The translations under genes and the position numbers were made by a program. 64,000 nucleotides of DNA from an uncultured cyanobacterium. Lineage in GTDB: Bacteria; Cyanobacteriota; Cyanobacteriia; Cyanobacteriales; Nostocaceae. Below, one piece after another: positions 39,494 through 49,629 of the stretch. The stretch lies in contig OY970166.1 in the NCBI GenBank assembly GCA_963706595.1, positions 2,176,001-2,240,000 of the forward strand, in the 5' to 3' direction. A model generated the notes under the pieces. That model saw only the letters and a program-made list of their open reading frames with translations. It had not been told where the DNA came from and searched no databases. The number at the start of each line of letters is the position of its first letter. Within the stretch, counting starts at the first letter, position 1.

Positions 39494-39520
39494 AGGATCG
39501 GGAAAAAAACTCCCCCATCT

Positions 39521-39955
39521 CTACAGAACCTTAGTATCGCGAGATTCCAAAGTTTCAGTCAGCCGATCCAAAGCCCCAGTCAGTCTTTCTTGCGCTACGA
39601 CATTAGGATCTGGTGGTGCGGTTTCTTCTACGACTTCTTCTCGTCTTTTGAATCTTTGTAAGGCGCGTACCGCCAAGAAGATGATCAAGGCAATGATGAT
39701 AAAGTCAACGATAGCACCGAAAAAACTGCCGATTCTAATGCCTGTCCCGACAGTGATTGTTCTCCAATCTTCGCCAGTTACAGCCACCAAGGGATTGAGT
39801 AATGGCATAATTACATCCTCCACAAAGGAAGTGACAATCCGACCAAATGCAGTACCAATGACCACTGCGATCGCTAAATCCATGACATTGCCTTGGAGGG
39901 CAAATTCTTTAAAATCTCTGAAAAAACCGTTGGCTCTTCTTCTGACTCTGGCCAT
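39521..39955 (-). CDS. mscL: Large-conductance mechanosensitive channel
   Basis: FKEFALQGNVMDLAIAVVIGTAF. Confidence 0.96.
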   Translation of the reverse strand: MARVRRRANGFFRDFKEFALQGNVMDLAIAVVIGTAFGRIVTSFVEDVIMPLLNPLVAVTGEDWRTITVGTGIRIGSFFGAIVDFIIIALIIFLAVRALQRFKRREEVVEETAPPDPNVVAQERLTGALDRLTETLESRDTKVL

Positions 39956-40138
39956 ACTTGATAATCAAGAATTTTTGTAGTTTTTTAAACATTACAAATC
40001 TCAAATCAATCAAACATCCCACTTTGGCTAGAATACAAAATTTAAATGTCCAGTCTGATGCACAAGAACAGTGCTAGACTAGCCTGCGATAATGGTGTCA
40101 TAAGTAAAAAAGGCTGTTCAACGCAAACTCAAAAATTT

Positions 40139-41059
40139 ATGACTGCTGCTACAACAACAACTCCTGGTTTAGCCTCCCGTTTGGTAAATGGTATCCTGGG
40201 TATCAAACCTTTAGCCAATCTCGCCAAGCATCAAGCTAGACAAATGATGATTAAACGCGCGGAAAAAATTGGCGTTCCTTGGACACAAGAAGTCAAAACA
40301 TTACAAGCGCGTGATTGGACAGCAGAATTAGCTCAAGTTCAAAATCCTCAGCTTTCCTACCCAGACTATTACCTGACTTCATTTCATGCTTACGAAACAG
40401 GTAATCTCAGTTGGCAAGCTGCATTTGAGGTCAAGCCTGCTGCTCATGCCGTTCATGCTAAAATTTGGCAAGAGGCAGAAGCTCAAGGTGATGCTAAACT
40501 ACGTCAAAGTTATCACGATATTCTCAAAGGTTCGCTGACAAATATTCCGCAAGATATCCTGGATGTGGGATGTAGTGTAGGTTTGAGTACCTTTGCTCTG
40601 CAAGAAATTTATCCCCAGTCTCAAATTACAGGTTTGGATTTATCGCCTTACTTTTTAGCTGTGGCTCATTACCGCGCCCAACAACATCAAGCTCAAATTA
40701 ATTGGCTTCATGCCGCAGCTGAATCGACTGAGTTACCAGATGCTGGTTTTGATTTAGTCTCTATTTTCTTAATGTGCCACGAACTGCCCCAATTAGCAAC
40801 CCGCAAGATTTTTGCCGAAATGCGCCGGGTGCTGCGTCCAGGTGGTCATTTGGCAATTATGGACATGAATCCCCAATCAGAAATTTACAAGAAAATGCCA
40901 CCCTACATTTTGACACTGCTCAAAAGTACAGAACCTTATCTAGATCAATATTTTGGTTTGGATATTGAGCAAGCTTTAATTGAGGCTGGTTTTCAAGCGC
41001 CCACTATCACCAATAATACTCCTCGTCACCGGACTATAATTGCTCAAGTCCAGGGCTGA
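40139..41059 (+). CDS. Class I SAM-dependent methyltransferase
   Basis: LDVGCSVG, GLDLSPYFL, RVLRPGG. ATG 40139 preferred over 40046. Confidence 0.9.
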   Translation: MTAATTTTPGLASRLVNGILGIKPLANLAKHQARQMMIKRAEKIGVPWTQEVKTLQARDWTAELAQVQNPQLSYPDYYLTSFHAYETGNLSWQAAFEVKPAAHAVHAKIWQEAEAQGDAKLRQSYHDILKGSLTNIPQDILDVGCSVGLSTFALQEIYPQSQITGLDLSPYFLAVAHYRAQQHQAQINWLHAAAESTELPDAGFDLVSIFLMCHELPQLATRKIFAEMRRVLRPGGHLAIMDMNPQSEIYKKMPPYILTLLKSTEPYLDQYFGLDIEQALIEAGFQAPTITNNTPRHRTIIAQVQG

Positions 41060-41140
41060 TTTCTTGATTTTGTCTCTCCTGACTCAGGAACCACCTTGTA
41101 TACACAAGTGATCTAATCCCCCTAAATCCCCCTTAAAAAG

Positions 41141-41324
41141 CAGGGCTGTTTCATTCCATCAGGAGGGAGGATTTGTCAATATCATTAGGGATAATTTTTG
41201 GGACAGAAGTCATGGAAAACCTACATTTCAATCCAAAAAATTCAAATTTTTCTCAGGATATTTAGAGCGATCGCTTTAAATATCCCTTGACATAATAAGC
41301 CTTTGAGGGAATGAAACAGCCCTG
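41141..41324. mobile_element. 184-bp MITE with 17-bp TIR and 10-bp TSD
   Basis: CAGGGCTGTTTCATTCC / GGAATGAAACAGCCCTG; CCTTAAAAAG on both sides. Confidence 0.92.
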
Positions 41325-41367
41325 CCTTAAAAAGGGGGACTTTAAGAAATTTTCCCCCCTTCTCAAG

Positions 41368-41522
41368 CTACGGTGTACACACAAGTCAGGAAATTCTCTT
41401 TTGCGTCATAAAACCCCACCCCTAGCCCCTCCCCGCAAGCGAGGAGGGGAACAAGATTTCTGATTAAATCTTGTTTTTAGGGCTGGAAACTCTCTTTGGG
41501 TCAGGATGTGTGTACACTGTAG
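41368..41522. mobile_element. 155-bp IS50-like MITE with 10-bp TSD
   Basis: CTACGGTGTACACACA / TGTGTGTACACTGTAG; CCTTCTCAAG on both sides. Confidence 0.9.
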
Positions 41523-41575
41523 CCTTCTCAAGGGGGGCTAGGGGGGATCAAAACGTGATGCTTTATATTAGACTT

Positions 41576-42556
41576 TTACCAATTCCACATCACCGCATTT
41601 TCATCGAGATGGTCGGTAACAATGCGCCCAATGGTATCGATTTGGGCTAGTTCCTCGTGATCAAGTTGAATCTCAGTAGCTTTGGCGTTGTCTTGTGCTT
41701 GTTCGGGATAACGCGCCCCAGCGATAGCGAAGCGCTCCGTAGGAATCGCATTTGTTTGGGGTTGGGCGATTAACCAAGCTAATGCTAACTGCGCCAAGCT
41801 ACAATGATGACGCGTTGCTATGGGACGCAGTTTTTCTAAAGCTTGTTGGGCGTGTTCAAAGTTTTCCCCTTGGAATAATTTATTTTTAGCCCGGTTGTCT
41901 GTGGGGTCAAATTTATGACCGGGGTCAAATTTTCCGGTTAACAATCCTTGGGCTAAGGGTGAATAAGCCAAAATAGAAATATTATTTTCTATACAATAGG
42001 GCATGGCATCTTTTTCTACCTGCCGCCAAAATAAGGAATATGGGGGTTGTAAACTATCAATACGTCCATACTGTGCGGCTTCTGTCAATTGGGCGCGAGA
42101 GAAATTAGAAACACCTATTGACCGGATTTTCCCCTGTTCTTTGAGTTTATTTAAAGCTTTCATAGTCTCTTCAATGGGGACTATTTCGGAATTGAATGAC
42201 CCGGAAGGCCAATGTATTTGGTAAAGGTCTATATAGTCAGTTTTGAGATTTTTTAAGGAGCGATCGCACGCGTCAATGACTAAATCATACTTGAGATGGT
42301 TGGCGAAAACTTTCGAGGCGTATTCAACGCGATCGCGCACATCAGATAAAGCTGCGGCGATAATTTGCTCAGAATGTCCTTCCCCATAGATTTCCGCAGT
42401 ATCGATGGTGGTAATCCCAGCTTCAACGGCGGCGCGGATAGTTTTAATCGAATCTGCATCCTCAATTCCCGTCCACATGGCTTTACCAGCTTGCCAAGTC
42501 CCCATGAGAATGGGTGTAATGTGGATATCTGATGTTCCGAGTCTGCGCTTTTCCAT
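41576..42556 (-). CDS. Aldo/keto reductase
   Basis: IDTAEIYG, IDLYQIHWP, IGVSNF, YSPLAQGLLTGK. ATG 42556. Confidence 0.94.
   Translation of the reverse strand: MEKRRLGTSDIHITPILMGTWQAGKAMWTGIEDADSIKTIRAAVEAGITTIDTAEIYGEGHSEQIIAAALSDVRDRVEYASKVFANHLKYDLVIDACDRSLKNLKTDYIDLYQIHWPSGSFNSEIVPIEETMKALNKLKEQGKIRSIGVSNFSRAQLTEAAQYGRIDSLQPPYSLFWRQVEKDAMPYCIENNISILAYSPLAQGLLTGKFDPGHKFDPTDNRAKNKLFQGENFEHAQQALEKLRPIATRHHCSLAQLALAWLIAQPQTNAIPTERFAIAGARYPEQAQDNAKATEIQLDHEELAQIDTIGRIVTDHLDENAVMWNW
41721..41749. repeat. 21-nt SDR5-like insertion in a HIP1 site, in frame
   Basis: GCGATAGCGAAGCGCTCCGTAGGAATCGC = HIP1 octamer + 21 nt; adds 7 aa. Confidence 0.75.
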
Positions 42557-42765
42557 AATCCTTTCCTGGTGAATATCTCCCAATATCTGATAATTTAACG
42601 GTTTTAGAGAGAAATTAAATCAGAGGAACGGTAGATATATCGAATTGACTGTCAAAGAAAATTTTTTTTATCTGTGGAAATGCTGCAAACGCAGGTAATA
42701 TCAGCAATCCGCCCTCATGTAGCCATCAAAACAAATCCTCTAATCTGGCAATATCTGCCTAAATC

Positions 42766-42807
42766 GTAGTTATTGCTACATACACTGGCAAAAACCGCAG
42801 ATACTAT
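42766..42807 (+). promoter_or_regulatory. Canonical NtcA-activated promoter
   Basis: GTA-GTTATTGC-TAC (42766-79), 22-nt spacer, TACTAT -10 box (42802-07). Confidence 0.75.
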
Positions 42808-43034
42808 TAGAAAAATCTTAACCTTAACGTCAGGTAAGAAAAAAATGTTGGTTTATCCTTATCTCCTACAGGAAGCCATTGATTACAACCCATAGCAGTT
42901 AAATAATTTTGCCGTTCTAGTTAGTAGACAAAATCACAAATACTGGGTGGATAAAAATTTATCCCACAAGGCTGAGGCAGGTATTGACAAAATTCTGCCA
43001 ATATGCAATCAAGCAAAACGTAAAGGAGTTTGCC

Positions 43035-43289
43035 ATGCAACGTCAAATGTGCTGGTTATCTAAGTCTGGCGGCGATGGAGAGAAAATTTTACATCTGCAA
43101 GCTTCACCCAATCAACCTTGGCGACCCTATACAGCTTTTCCCCACTTTGCAGTCCCTGATTATCAAATTCCTGGTGGTTCTAAAGGTTGGGCTACTTATC
43201 AAAAACTTCTCAAAGCTGGTTGGACTTTAGTACATAGCGCACGGGCAAATGAGTTTACCAGCAGCTATGCAGAATCAATTAGGGAGTAG
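43035..43289 (+). CDS. Small hypothetical protein (84 aa)
   Basis: AAGGAG Shine-Dalgarno before ATG 43035; Trp/Tyr-rich globular-looking sequence. Confidence 0.8.
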   Translation: MQRQMCWLSKSGGDGEKILHLQASPNQPWRPYTAFPHFAVPDYQIPGGSKGWATYQKLLKAGWTLVHSARANEFTSSYAESIRE

Positions 43290-43334
43290 GGAGTGGGGAG
43301 TGGGGAGTGGGGAGTAGGGAGTAGGGAGTGGGGA
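43281..43334. repeat. STRR heptamer tract (GGGAGTA/GGGAGTG)n
   Basis: About 7 tandem heptamers between convergent genes. Confidence 0.9.
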
Positions 43335-43335
43335 A

Positions 43336-45117
43336 TTAGAAACCACTGGGAAAACCTTGACCACGAGGGTCAGCTGCTGCTTCTAAATCTCCGTCTGCGG
43401 TGACTGCGATCGCATTAGCATTACCCCAAGTGTTACTTTCGTTAATTTTGTGTCCACGACGACGTAACTCTTGCAGCGTCAGAGTATCTAAACCCCAACG
43501 TTCCACACGTAACTGATCGGGTAGCCACTGGTGATGTATGCGTGGGACAGACACTGCTGCACCTACATCCATTTGGTATTCCAGGACATTCAGGATAATT
43601 TGCAGCACCTGAGTAATGATCGTGCTACCACCAGGAGTCCCCACCGCCATTCTGAGACGGCCATTCTCGGTGATAATTGTGGGAGTCATGCTGGATAAGG
43701 GAGTTTTGCGAGGTGCGATCGCATTAGCTTCATTACCTACTAAACCAAAGGCATTGGGTACTCCTGGCGCGGCCGCAAAATCATCCATTTCGTTGTTAAG
43801 TACGATACCCGTTCCCGGTGTGGCTATACCTGCACCAAAGCCTAAATTAATGGTGAAAGTCAGACTGACGGCGTTATGTTCCGCATCGACTACAGTTAAA
43901 TGGCTGGTTTCAGTCGATTCTTTCGGTAAAATGGGAGTGGGGAAAGAACGTAAATCAACTGGCTTGATTTGACTTGCAGGTTTCGCCGTTGACATATCAA
44001 TTTCTAGACGGCGTTTTTTGGCGTAGTCTGGGCTGATTAGTTGTTCTACGGGGACTTTGATAAAATCGGGATCACCTAAATATTCTGCGCGATCAGCATA
44101 AGCAATTTTCATCGCTTCCGCCATTAAATGTAACGCATCAGGGTGATGCCATCCTAAAGATTGCAAGTCAGTCTCACCGATGGTGTTTAACATCTGCAAT
44201 AAATGTACTCCTCCCGATGAAGGTGGTGGCATTGAGCAAATTTTAGCTTGACGGAAATTGCCACAAACGGGATTCCGCCAAATTGGTTTGTAGGCTTTGA
44301 GGTCTTCTAGAGTAATTAAACCACCATTTTTTGCCATATCCGATGCGATCGCCCAGGCAATATTTCCGGTATAAAAACTGTGGGGACTGCGGGCAATATC
44401 TGTTAAAGTCCGCGCCAAATCGCGCTGTACCAGCCTTTCTCCCGGTTGATAGAAATCACCATTACGAGTAAAAATCTCCCGCATTGCTGGGTTATTTAGA
44501 ATCGTCTGGAGACGTATATGGTTGACTAGCAAAAAATGAGGCGAAAGTACACGTCTGAGTATAAAACCATCTTCAGCCAGTGCGATCGCAGGTTTTACCA
44601 CTTCTGCCCAGGGTAACTTACCATAAAGCCGATGCACTTCATACATTCCGGCTACCGTTCCTGGTGTCGCCACAGCTAAATAGCCAGTTACACTTGCATT
44701 GGGACGCACCTTACCATCTGCATCCAAATACATATCTTTTGTTGCTTTCAGAGGTGCGCGTTCCCGAAAATCTAAAGCTTTGATTTCGCCAGTTTTCCCA
44801 GAGTGCATTAATAAAAAACCACCCCCGCCAATTCCGGCTGAAAATGGTTCCACTACAGAAATTGCAAAAGTTGTGGCCACAGCCGCATCAATGGCGTTAC
44901 CACCTTGGCGTAACATTTTAATACCTGCGTCACTCGCTAGCGGATGGGCTGAAACCACCATTCCCTTTTGACTGCGTAGGGGTACTGTAATAGTGGTTAC
45001 GGCTGTTTGGCTGTAAAAAATAATCAGGCTACTAGAAAAGATGCCAATGGCAATCCGTCGGGATACAGCAAAAATACGCATTTTATGAATTTTGGTTGAT
45101 ATTTCCGAGAATTTCAA
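43336..45117 (-). CDS. ggt: Gamma-glutamyltranspeptidase
   Basis: GGNAIDAA, DFRERAP, autocleavage ET-SH, LNNEMDDF, PLSSMTP; start uncertain. Confidence 0.95.
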   Translation of the reverse strand: MKFSEISTKIHKMRIFAVSRRIAIGIFSSSLIIFYSQTAVTTITVPLRSQKGMVVSAHPLASDAGIKMLRQGGNAIDAAVATTFAISVVEPFSAGIGGGGFLLMHSGKTGEIKALDFRERAPLKATKDMYLDADGKVRPNASVTGYLAVATPGTVAGMYEVHRLYGKLPWAEVVKPAIALAEDGFILRRVLSPHFLLVNHIRLQTILNNPAMREIFTRNGDFYQPGERLVQRDLARTLTDIARSPHSFYTGNIAWAIASDMAKNGGLITLEDLKAYKPIWRNPVCGNFRQAKICSMPPPSSGGVHLLQMLNTIGETDLQSLGWHHPDALHLMAEAMKIAYADRAEYLGDPDFIKVPVEQLISPDYAKKRRLEIDMSTAKPASQIKPVDLRSFPTPILPKESTETSHLTVVDAEHNAVSLTFTINLGFGAGIATPGTGIVLNNEMDDFAAAPGVPNAFGLVGNEANAIAPRKTPLSSMTPTIITENGRLRMAVGTPGGSTIITQVLQIILNVLEYQMDVGAAVSVPRIHHQWLPDQLRVERWGLDTLTLQELRRRGHKINESNTWGNANAIAVTADGDLEAAADPRGQGFPSGF

Positions 45118-45300
45118 GTGTACATTATGTCTACTGTTGCATGGCTAATAGGTAACTTTTAATTTAGATTTAATAGCAGTAATTATGTCTAGATTTTGTT
45201 ATTATGCCATTGTAGCGTTATTGATTTTAACTAAGTTTTATAAATAATCCTCAAAATCCAATGACCCAAAGCTTAATTATTTTTTTGCAAAAATTATATT

Positions 45301-45788
45301 ATGAATTCCTTTGAAAATATAACTATTCAAGGATATCGTCGTTTGCATAACGTAAAAGTCGATATGCGTAATTTGACAGTTATGATTGGTGCTAATGGCG
45401 TAGGTAAAACTTCTTTCTTAGAGATATTTTTACTCTTAGCAGCATCGGCAAAAGGTCAGTTAGAACCAAAGCTTTCAGAGTTGAGTGGACTGAGTGAAAT
45501 CATTACCCGTGACCAGGCAGATCGTGTGGCGATCGCCTTATCAATGAGTGTACCTGGTTATGCACCGCTTGATTACCAACTCGAAGTTGCGCCTAAAGGC
45601 TTGTCATACGAAATTGCTTTAGAAACACTTACTCAACAGAATAATCCAGATGCTTTTGACCCTTTCAAACACATTGACTCTCGTGGTTTAGATGTTAAAT
45701 ATTTTAGTCCAGAGGATCAAAAATTATTGCGTCCGAATATAGTTTAGACCAAATTTGGGCAATGAATTTAATGGGTGGTCGTCCATGA
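45301..45788 (+). pseudogene. AAA/ABC-type ATPase with large internal deletion
   Basis: Walker A GANGVGKT; after LLRPN the likely native C-terminus EYSLDQIWAMNLMGGRP* follows in another frame; no signature or Walker B. Confidence 0.82.
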
Positions 45789-46393
45789 AGATAGCTATTT
45801 TAGTGGAAGGTGCAACTGAAAAGGTTTTTAAGCCAATTTTAACCGATTTTCTCAAGTCACGCTTACAACAACGAATGCCCAAGCTTCAATTCATGCCGTA
45901 TGATGGACGCATTCCCAAAGAAGAAAAACTCAAACGTATTGTCACAAATTTGCTGACAGGAAAACAAGCTGTTAATGCTGTAATTGCACTAACAGATGTT
46001 TATACAGGAACCAATGATTTTCAAAGTGCAGCAGATGCTAAAGATAAAATGACAGCTTGGGTAGGAAATTACCCGAATTTTTACCCTCATGCCGCACAGT
46101 ATGATTTTGAAGCTTGGCTATTACCTTATTGGAAAACTATTCAGGATTTAGCTCAACATAACAAGTCATCGCCTGGGGGTTTACCTGAGCAAGTTAATCA
46201 TAATAATCCACCATCATATCGGATTAAAGAAATTTTTGAACTAGGTAAATGTAAACGTAGTTACAATAAGATTCGTGATGCAGCAAGCATTTTGAAAAAA
46301 AATGATTTGATAGTTGCGCTTAACCAGTGTTCTGAATTAAAGGCTTTTTTAAACACTATTCTATCTCTTTGTGAGGTTGATTTGATTCCTTGA
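45785..46393 (+). CDS. DUF4276-like (TOPRIM-type) protein
   Basis: IAILVEGATE, ALTDVY, DFEAWLL; ATGA overlap with the ATPase stop. Confidence 0.82.
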   Translation: MKIAILVEGATEKVFKPILTDFLKSRLQQRMPKLQFMPYDGRIPKEEKLKRIVTNLLTGKQAVNAVIALTDVYTGTNDFQSAADAKDKMTAWVGNYPNFYPHAAQYDFEAWLLPYWKTIQDLAQHNKSSPGGLPEQVNHNNPPSYRIKEIFELGKCKRSYNKIRDAASILKKNDLIVALNQCSELKAFLNTILSLCEVDLIP

Positions 46394-46452
46394 ATAGTAT
46401 GCGGTTCAAAGCTATAAACAAAACATGGGTGTACGATTATACGCAGAAATTC

Positions 46453-47352
46453 CTATAATCCCTGAGACTTGCGAAACTCGCGCACCACAGTTTTAATATC
46501 TTGTAATTCGCCTTCAACTAAATTATTTAACTCCCGCATTTTATCGGCGGTAATTTTTCCAGAAAGTTGATTTATAGCGGTTTTTAATTGCGGATATTTA
46601 TCTAACGTTTCTTTACGAACAATGGGCGCAGCTTCATAAGGGGGAAAATACTGTTGGTCATCTTTAAGTACCACTAAACCGAGGCGGGAGATTTGCCCAT
46701 CCGTAGAATTTCCTGCTACCATATCAACTTGTTTTTGAATTAACGCCCGATATATTAAACCCAAGTCCATAATTTGAGGAGGTCTAGCAAAACTGAGATT
46801 GTAGGTTTTAGCTAATCCTGGAAAACCATCTTCCCGTTCTAAAAATTCATAGCCAAACCCACCGCGCCATTCAGGTGTATATTTAGCAGCTTCCGAGAGA
46901 GTTTGAATATTATAGCGTTTAGCATCTTCACCGCGAATAATCATGGCAAATGTATTTTCAAACCCTAAACTGGGCATGACTTCTAAATTAAACTGTTCTG
47001 CATAAGCCTGTTTTAATTTTTCGTGAACTGATTTTGGGTCATTAACTGCTTGTTGTTTTAAAATAGCAGTAAAAGCCGTGCCTGTGTACTCAATATAAGC
47101 ATCAATTTTTCCGGCAAGAATCGCATTATGGCAAACAAAAGAACCCCCTAAACGGGGACGGCGTGTAACTGTTAAATCAGTTGTATCTTCAATTTGCTGG
47201 GCTAAAAGTTCACCTAATATATCTTGTTCTGTAAAATCTTTGGAAGCAATAACAATATCACCAGCACTGCTTGTAGTAGTATTGAAATTGCAACTAGCGA
47301 TCGCAATCACTAACACAAAACTTAATACAAATAAACTAAACAATCTTCTCAT
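46453..47352 (-). CDS. Osmoprotectant (glycine betaine/choline) ABC substrate-binding lipoprotein
   Basis: Lipobox IASC, KDFTEQ, EYTGT, FPPY. Confidence 0.92.
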   Translation of the reverse strand: MRRLFSLFVLSFVLVIAIASCNFNTTTSSAGDIVIASKDFTEQDILGELLAQQIEDTTDLTVTRRPRLGGSFVCHNAILAGKIDAYIEYTGTAFTAILKQQAVNDPKSVHEKLKQAYAEQFNLEVMPSLGFENTFAMIIRGEDAKRYNIQTLSEAAKYTPEWRGGFGYEFLEREDGFPGLAKTYNLSFARPPQIMDLGLIYRALIQKQVDMVAGNSTDGQISRLGLVVLKDDQQYFPPYEAAPIVRKETLDKYPQLKTAINQLSGKITADKMRELNNLVEGELQDIKTVVREFRKSQGL

Positions 47353-47410
47353 AATTTTCTATTAATTAAAACTCTCGCATTTATCAGATGATCTGCTAAA
47401 GTTTTAATCC

Positions 47411-48043
47411 TTAAATTTTAACTTTTAATTTCTGTTCCAGCCAACCAATACCCAAATCAGCGACTAAAGCAATCATCGCCGCCGGCACTGCGCCAGCTAA
47501 AATTAACTGATTATTTACCACGGAAATTCCGCGAAAAATAAACACACCCAAACCACCAGCACCAATAGCCGCCGCAATTGTGGCGATACCGATAGAAATG
47601 ACTGTTGCTACCCGCACACCAGCCAAAATTACCCCCATTGCTAAGGGAATTTCTACTTGTAACAACAATTGTCTATCTGTCATCCCCATACCTCGCCCAG
47701 CTTCCCGAATCGCTGGATCTACCCCAGTTATACCAGTATACGTATTGCGAATTATCGGCAGAAAGGAATATAAAGTTAGAGCAAAAATTGCTGGCACAAC
47801 CCCAATACCGCCAATGACTGGGACGGGAATTAGCAACCCAAATAATGCTAAACTGGGAATAGTTTGGAGAATATTGGCAATACCGAGAATCGGTTGACGC
47901 AGGTGAGTTTTGCGGGTGATTAAAATACCTAATGGTATACCGATGAGTGTAGCAGTGGCGATCGCAATACTCACCATAAATAAGTGTTCTAGGGTATGTC
48001 GCAGGATTTCTGGCGCATACTTAATTAAAAAAAAGTCTTTCAT
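47411..48043 (-). CDS. Osmoprotectant ABC permease
   Basis: QTIPSLAL, EAGRGMGM, IGAGGLG. ATG 48043 overlaps the ATPase stop. Confidence 0.92.
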   Translation of the reverse strand: MKDFFLIKYAPEILRHTLEHLFMVSIAIATATLIGIPLGILITRKTHLRQPILGIANILQTIPSLALFGLLIPVPVIGGIGVVPAIFALTLYSFLPIIRNTYTGITGVDPAIREAGRGMGMTDRQLLLQVEIPLAMGVILAGVRVATVISIGIATIAAAIGAGGLGVFIFRGISVVNNQLILAGAVPAAMIALVADLGIGWLEQKLKVKI

Positions 48044-48804
48044 AAGGTTTCTTGCAATGATTGCAGACATTGGAGAAAAGCTAGGCTTTCTGGATGTTGC
48101 GAGCGTTTAAATTCATCCTTTGTCCCTAATACTACCAATTCTCCCTCACACATTAACCCAATTCGGGAAGCTAAAACAAAGGCTTCTTGAATATCATGGG
48201 TGACAAACACCACTGTCTTATTTAACTCTTGTTGTAAGCGGCGAAACTCTTGTTGGAGTTCTAAGCGGGTAATCGGATCGAGTGCGCCAAACGGTTCATC
48301 CATCAATAATACAGGGGGATCGGCGGCTAATGCTCTCGCTACACCCACTCGTTGCTTTTGTCCTCCCGAAAGTTCATGAGGATAACGCCCCGCAAATTGT
48401 GCAGGATCTAAGCCTACCATCTGCAACAATTCATAAACCCGCATTTTAATTTGTTTAGATTGCCAACCCAGCAACGTGGGGACTAAACCCACATTCCGTT
48501 CGACAGTGAAATGGGGAAATAAACCAGTTTCTTGAATCACATAACCTATATTGCGCCGTAATTTAATTTCGTCCCATTCAGTTGTGGGAATGCCATTAAA
48601 TAATACTTCACCTTGTGTAGGTATGAACAGGCGATTGATTAATTTCATTGTCGTAGTTTTACCGCTTCCACTACGTCCGAGTAAGACTAAAGCTTCTCCC
48701 TGATTAATAGAGAAATTGAGATGAGATACTAAAGGGCGATGGTTGCGGCTAAAGGTGACATCGCGGAATTCCACAGCAATTGGTTGTTGTTGTTGCATCA
48801 TCAA
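48040..48804 (-). CDS. Osmoprotectant ABC ATP-binding subunit
   Basis: GRSGSGKT, LSGGQKQR, MDEPFGALD. Confidence 0.93.
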   Translation of the reverse strand: MMMQQQQPIAVEFRDVTFSRNHRPLVSHLNFSINQGEALVLLGRSGSGKTTTMKLINRLFIPTQGEVLFNGIPTTEWDEIKLRRNIGYVIQETGLFPHFTVERNVGLVPTLLGWQSKQIKMRVYELLQMVGLDPAQFAGRYPHELSGGQKQRVGVARALAADPPVLLMDEPFGALDPITRLELQQEFRRLQQELNKTVVFVTHDIQEAFVLASRIGLMCEGELVVLGTKDEFKRSQHPESLAFLQCLQSLQETL

Positions 48805-48836
48805 GTTGATTTTTGCAGGTACTTATTTATTTACTT

Positions 48837-49625
48837 ATGCCAAAAGTTCACGTTAACGGCATTGATTTGTTCTACGACATCAAAGGACAGGGTGAACCTT
48901 TACTCTTAATTGCTGGTTTCTTATGCGATCACTCCTATTGGTCGTTAATCATGCCATCCCTCGTTACCCAATATCAAGTTATTCGTGTGGATAATCGCGG
49001 CATGGGGCGAAGTTCTGCCCCCGATAGTCCCTATACTATTCAGGAGATGGCAAAGGATATAGCCGCATTACTTGATCACATCGATATCGGTCAAGTAAAT
49101 GTAGTCGGTCATTCCATGGGTGGTCAAATTGCCCAAGAACTGGTATTAGCGCATCCTGGAAGGGTAAAAAGTCTAATTTTGCTTTCTACTTTCGCCAAGG
49201 CTGATGGCAGATGCAATCATGTGATTGCTACATGGGGCGACCTTCCCAGTAGTATAGACCTGAAGCTTTATGAACAAGTCGTATTTCCTTGGATATTTAC
49301 CGATGAGTTTTATACGATTCCCGGCATGGTAGAACAACTAATTGAGTGGGCAGTCAATTATCCCTTTACACCAGCCACACATACACTTTATCATCATAGT
49401 CGGGCTATTCTCAGCAGTGATACACAAGACCGCCTGCATAACATTGACTGTCCCACGCTGATTTTAGTTGGGAAACAAGACATTCTCACCCCAGTTAAGT
49501 TTTCTGAACAACTAGCTCAAAGTATTCCCCACGCTGAACTGGTAGTCATCGACCGTGGCGGTCATGGTTTTTTGATTGAGTGTTCGGATACAGTAATTTC
49601 TGTGATGCTGAAATTTTTAGCTTAA
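48837..49625 (+). CDS. Alpha/beta hydrolase
   Basis: GHSMGG nucleophile elbow, QD and GH catalytic residues. Confidence 0.92.
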   Translation: MPKVHVNGIDLFYDIKGQGEPLLLIAGFLCDHSYWSLIMPSLVTQYQVIRVDNRGMGRSSAPDSPYTIQEMAKDIAALLDHIDIGQVNVVGHSMGGQIAQELVLAHPGRVKSLILLSTFAKADGRCNHVIATWGDLPSSIDLKLYEQVVFPWIFTDEFYTIPGMVEQLIEWAVNYPFTPATHTLYHHSRAILSSDTQDRLHNIDCPTLILVGKQDILTPVKFSEQLAQSIPHAELVVIDRGGHGFLIECSDTVISVMLKFLA

Positions 49626-49629
49626 ACAG

